Of a stretch of DNA of 32,000 nucleotides, positions 28,444 through 32,000 are shown in pieces. Position 1 is the first letter of the stretch. Every line of letters begins with the position of its first letter. Both the position numbers and the translations under genes were made by a program. The stretch spans positions 1-32,000 of the forward strand of contig NZ_JAYKGW010000067.1 of the NCBI RefSeq assembly GCF_035285525.1. The letters run 5' to 3'. The notes under the pieces are model-generated. The model saw nothing but the letters and a program-made list of their open reading frames with translations, had not been told where the DNA came from and did not search any database. This stretch comes from Okeania sp. (lineage in GTDB: Bacteria > Cyanobacteriota > Cyanobacteriia > Cyanobacteriales > Microcoleaceae).

Positions 28444-28793
28444 AATTTCAGAAGAAGTAAGAAGTAATAAAGAAGAAGCCAGAAGGAAGAAGCAAGAAGT
28501 AATAAGAAAAGTGGATGAGTATATAGATCAATACTTTATAATTTTTGGTCTTATCTATTTGCGCAACAGGAAAACCTATTGAAGTATAAGAATCTTACTT
28601 TCGTAGTAACTTTTAATTATTTCTAAATTTATCAATTACTTTTATCTCTTCCTTTTATTAATAGTTGATAACTGTTTGGCCAGCATTCCATAGGAAATAC
28701 TTACAAAAAAACTGTAGAAATTTATTCATATTAGTCCTATTTTCGCTTAATGAAAGGAAACCAAATCCCTGCTATAAAATATTACAAACTACT

Positions 28794-29065
28794 TAGGGCT
28801 TGCTGATTAAATCTCAAAGTTTTTCCAGATCAAAGTTTCAGCCTTTGCAGATACTAATAAAGTAGGAGCTTTTAGGTAATTCTAGTACAGTTCCCGAAAA
28901 ATCAAAACCTATAATTTTCAGCAAGATAGAAGTAAAAAATCAAGAGAAGATTTTTCTGACTAACTCTTCTATAATTTCTATTTCTCCTAAATTCTGGATT
29001 CTCGATTTTGGCTTCTCCGTGCTACTAAAAGACTTTTACGGTTCCCGATAAATCAGCAAGTCCTA
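28794..29065. mobile_element. MITE-like element, family A
   Basis: Left tagggcttgctgattaaatc. Right ctaaaagacttttacggttcccgataaatcagcaagtccta is the reverse complement of the left end of the 3674-3934 copy. No ORF. Confidence 0.7.
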
Positions 29066-29075
29066 TTTAAAATTA

Positions 29076-29804
29076 CTATAGTCGATTAGGAACTACTATA
29101 TATCCAGTTGTGTAATTTCCCAATACCAAATTTTTAGTTTCACCCCAATACCACCAGTATGCACCAATATAAGCACAAATTAAACTATCTAATTTATCTT
29201 CTGTATTTTTGAGGGAAGCTATACTATTAATTTTTTCCATATCTAAAAAATTATCGGAAATTACCAAAGCAGGTTCTAGAGTTGGCAGAATATTTATAAT
29301 GTATTGGTAGAGTTTCAAAAGCTCTAATTTACGGTCAGCTAATCTGCCTTTTTTATATTTCAAAATTTTGTCTAATTGAAACAAATTAACTATAGCTGGA
29401 TGGGGAAAAACTTCAATTTGAAAACGTCCTAATTTTTGAGGTTCAATAGTTGGTGCATGAATAAAATTTTTAGCTTCTAAACTAATACCAAAATTAACAG
29501 TTCTCTCAGCAAAAGGGCGGTTTAAATTTGCTGGATAACATCCTGCATGATAACGACCAAAATATTTATGAGTAAGTTTATCTGGCAGTCTAGTTCCTAT
29601 TTGATTTGGAATTATTGTAGGAGCATCTACAGCCATTAAAGCAGGAGTTGATAGAGGAGTTAAATTATCAATCCAATTGAGAATATCTTCAATTTCTAGT
29701 ATGCAATCTAACTCTAATATTTTTAACTTATTATCTAAGTATTGTAGACAGCATAAACCACTTTTTCCAGATTTCCAACCCAGGTCTATTCCGATAAATT
29801 TCAT
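29076..29804 (-). CDS. DUF429-family protein (predicted RNase H-fold nuclease-like)
   Basis: MKFIGIDLGWKSGKSG..., AVDAPTIIPN, EVFPHPA, KYKKGR, DKLDSLICAYIG fit the DUF429 pattern. I prefer the ATG at 29804 because the track's ATG at 29825 lies inside the terminal repeat of the adjacent family B element. Confidence 0.7.
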   Translation of the reverse strand: MKFIGIDLGWKSGKSGLCCLQYLDNKLKILELDCILEIEDILNWIDNLTPLSTPALMAVDAPTIIPNQIGTRLPDKLTHKYFGRYHAGCYPANLNRPFAERTVNFGISLEAKNFIHAPTIEPQKLGRFQIEVFPHPAIVNLFQLDKILKYKKGRLADRKLELLKLYQYIINILPTLEPALVISDNFLDMEKINSIASLKNTEDKLDSLICAYIGAYWWYWGETKNLVLGNYTTGYIVVPNRL

Positions 29805-29817
29805 ACTTTTTATAAAG

Positions 29818-30002
29818 ATAAGCATTCAGTCGTCAGCCGTCAGCCGTCAGCTATTAGCTATTAGCTATTACTTTTAGTTTTTGATACAACGCTTCATTAT
29901 TCAGAAATTTTATCTTACTACAAAAGCCAGTCTTCAAGTGTATATTTGTTTAAGTCTCCTCATTAAAGTTGAGTTTTTTATTGCTAATAGTTGAATGCTT
30001 AC
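29818..30002. mobile_element. MITE-like element, family B, with an internal heptamer tract
   Basis: Left ataagcattcag followed by tcagtcg tcagccg tcagccg tcagcta ttagcta ttagcta (7-bp periodicity). Right ttgctaatagttgaatgcttac. Confidence 0.65.
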
Positions 30003-30157
30003 GAAAAAAGAAGGAATAAGACAAAAATATTTAGTTAGTTATTTAGGATAGTTTTTGATATGGTTTAAATAGGATTTCTGTTTTAAGATTGCTATTGTTA
30101 GCAAAATTCTTCCAAGACAAATACTGGGTGCATCTCATATTTGCAAAAAATACTTTT

Positions 30158-30210
30158 TCCCCATTCCCCATTCCCCATCCCCTGTTCCCTATTCCCTATT
30201 CCCTATTCCC
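30158..30210. repeat. STRR-like heptamer tract (CCCATTC/CCCTATT variants, about 7 units) overlapping the 3' end of the next CDS
   Basis: ccccattccccattccccatcccctgttccctattccctattccctattccc is read directly. The stop codon (30196-30198) and the last codons (LGNRE*) of ORF 30196-30879 lie inside it. Confidence 0.9.
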
Positions 30211-30879
30211 TAAATAGGAAGGCAATAAGATATTTTTTTGAGGTACAGAAAGATTTTTTACAGAGGATTTTTTCTCAGTTTTCTTTTTGACCTTTTTAAC
30301 AAAAGATTTTAGAGATCGGGGCGACCAAAAATTGTCATTTAATTCCACAATAAATTTCTCAATATTAGAGTTGTCTATAAAAAATGAGTCATTTTGATAC
30401 CTCGAAGGCGAGCAAAACTTAGAATTTTTTTCAGAACAATTTAATCCCTTACAAATAAAATAAGCTACAACTGTACAACAATTATTTTTAATAAAATGAT
30501 ATTTAGTTATTTTGTCTGATAAATCATTGTTTAAATACTTTTGATAAAACTTTCTGATTCGAGATTCATTTAAACCATAAAGAACAACTTTTTTATGAGG
30601 TTTACTATCTCGGCGATCGCAATCTTTTTGAAAAGAAATTGGTTTAGCTCTAGGAAGAAAAGTATCGGTTATGATAGACTGCAAAGAAGCAGATTTATTA
30701 GAGTTTTGCCAGAAAGCTTTAGAGTTTTGAACTTTAGGGTGATGACTTATATAAATTTCATCTTTCGGGTTTTTGTCATTAATAACAAACATAGAAACAT
30801 GACCTACATCTAACCCATATATAGCATTATAGGTATTATCTCTAAGTGTACCTTTCCAGAAATTAATTATTACTGTCAT
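30196..30879 (-). CDS. Putative permuted-papain-fold thiol hydrolase (PPPDE/LRAT-like), copy 1
   Basis: 227-aa ORF. N-terminal His segments GHVSMFV and YISHHP, then later KYHFIKNNCCTVVAYFICKGL. This resembles the His...NNC(N)HF order of PPPDE/LRAT-type permuted papain enzymes. Lys-rich C-terminal tail. Family assignment is by eye only. Confidence 0.5.
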   Translation of the reverse strand: MTVIINFWKGTLRDNTYNAIYGLDVGHVSMFVINDKNPKDEIYISHHPKVQNSKAFWQNSNKSASLQSIITDTFLPRAKPISFQKDCDRRDSKPHKKVVLYGLNESRIRKFYQKYLNNDLSDKITKYHFIKNNCCTVVAYFICKGLNCSEKNSKFCSPSRYQNDSFFIDNSNIEKFIVELNDNFWSPRSLKSFVKKVKKKTEKKSSVKNLSVPQKNILLPSYLGNRE

Positions 30880-31016
30880 ATCAGTTATTAGTCAGGAGTC
30901 ATAATTTTAAAAATTGATAATTATTATCAAAATTTTCACAAGCAATTTAATTGCTATATTACTTGTGGGTGTAATTCATTGAGTATTAATATAAGTCAAA
31001 TTTAACAGCTTTGCAA

Positions 31017-31642
31017 TTAGATATTTCTTTCAGATACAGGAAGATTTTTTAGAGATGAATTTTTCTCAGTTTTCTTTTTGACTTTTTTCACAAAAGATTT
31101 TAGAGACTGAGGCGACCAAAATTTGTCATTTAATGCTAAAAGCAATTTTTCAATACTAGATTCATCTTCGGAAGATGAATCTTTTTGATACCTGGAAGGT
31201 GAACAAAACGTATAATTTTTTCAGAACAATTTAATCCTTGGCAAATCAAATAAACTATAACTGTACAACAATTATTTTTAATAAAATGATATTTAGTTAT
31301 TTTGTCTGATAAATCATTGTTTAAATACTTTTGATAAAACTTACGGATGCGAGATTCATTTAAACCATAAAGAACAACTTTTTTATGAGCTTTACTATCT
31401 CGGCGATCGCAATGTTTTTGAAAAGAAATTGGTTGAGGTCTAGGAAGAAAAGTATCGTTTATAATAGATTGCCAAGAATTAATATAATTTTTAACTTGAG
31501 GATAATGACTGATATAAATTTTATCTTTAGGATTTTGGTCATTAATAACAAACATAGAAACATGACCTAAATATAATCTAGATAAAGCATCAAATACAGT
31601 ATCTCCAAGTTTGCCTTCCCAGAAATTAATTATTACTGTCAT
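31017..31642 (-). pseudogene. Paralog of 30196-30879 (copy 2), frameshifted at a homopolymer
   Basis: The track ORF 31136-31642 ends early. Copy 1 has T7 on the plus strand (30425-30431) and copy 2 has T6 (31216-31221). Restoring one base extends the frame through ...NYTFCSPSRYQ...FWSPQSLKSFVKKVKKKTEK... to a stop at 31017-31019, colinear with copy 1. Confidence 0.6.
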
Positions 31643-31787
31643 ATCAGTTATTAGTCAGGAGTCATAATTTTAAAAGTTGATAATTATTATCAAAATTTTC
31701 ACAAGCAGTTTAATTGTTATATTACTTGTGGGTGTAATTCATTGAGTATTAATATAAGTCAAATTTAACAGCTTTGCAAGTGGTAAG

Positions 31788-31979
31788 TTGCTTATAGCTG
31801 AAGATGCAAATATTTATCTCTATATTTTTGCGCATTCAAGACTAGAATTAATTTCCGAAATTAACGAAAAAATTATTATGATGTGGCATGAATATGCTCA
31901 AGCTGAATTAGAGAAATTATCGCCAGATGCTCAAATATTAAAGACTATTTTATTAGAAACTTTAAAAGAAATTCATTGA
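31788..31979 (+). CDS. Small hypothetical ORF. Its stop overlaps the ATG of a further ORF that runs off the window.
   Basis: 63 codons from a TTG, or 33 from the in-frame ATG at 31878. TGATG overlap at 31977-31981 with an ORF beginning MSSKNKS... No family recognised. Confidence 0.25.
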   Translation: MLIAEDANIYLYIFAHSRLELISEINEKIIMMWHEYAQAELEKLSPDAQILKTILLETLKEIH

Positions 31980-32000
31980 TGTCTAGTAAAAATAAAAGCA

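Noticed and set aside
29677-31570. Plus-strand ORFs 29677-29877, 30595-30813 and 31385-31570
   Set aside because: They are antisense to the DUF429 and hydrolase genes. The last two are duplicates of each other only because the cassette is duplicated.
30196-31642. Diversity-generating retroelement (template/variable repeat) as the explanation for the patchy divergence between the two hydrolase copies
   Set aside because: In the patch I aligned (codons 9-25), substitutions affect all four bases rather than adenine positions only. No reverse transcriptase gene is in the window, and the divergent patches include indels.

Overview
AT-rich cyanobacterial chromosomal segment. I read at least 13 exact HIP1 octamers (GCGATCGC) by eye, where fewer than one is expected by chance in 32 kb. 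Heptamer STRR-like tracts and dense miniature repeats point to a filamentous or heterocystous lineage, but I cannot name the taxon. About 20 protein genes and 2 tRNAs are credible. Left third (314-14669): two tandem cyclophilin-RTX fusion genes, a secreted pentapeptide-repeat protein, two giant TPR-glycosyltransferase fusions (TPR + 2xGT2; TPR + GT61/DUF563-like) and a stand-alone RTX protein. I read this as a candidate surface or secreted RTX-protein plus protein-glycosylation neighbourhood; that is a hypothesis only. Middle: tRNA-Ser(GCU), a beta-lactamase-fold protein that seems to lack the catalytic serine, an IS630 transposase relic, an MFS transporter, tRNA-Arg(ACG), moaC, a small 2TM protein, a DUF3181-like protein, an orphan BcsA-like cellulose synthase with a PilZ-like tail, an SDR epimerase and hemE. 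Right end: a coiled-coil protein, a DUF429 protein, and a tandemly duplicated cassette encoding a permuted-papain (PPPDE/LRAT-like) putative thiol hydrolase. One cassette copy is frameshifted at a homopolymer. Nearly every intergenic region holds one of at least four miniature repeat families, and several of these touch or supply start codons, stop codons or coding sequence. No CRISPR array, rRNA, intact transposase or recognisable defence system was seen. All domain calls come from motif reading by eye, not from searches.
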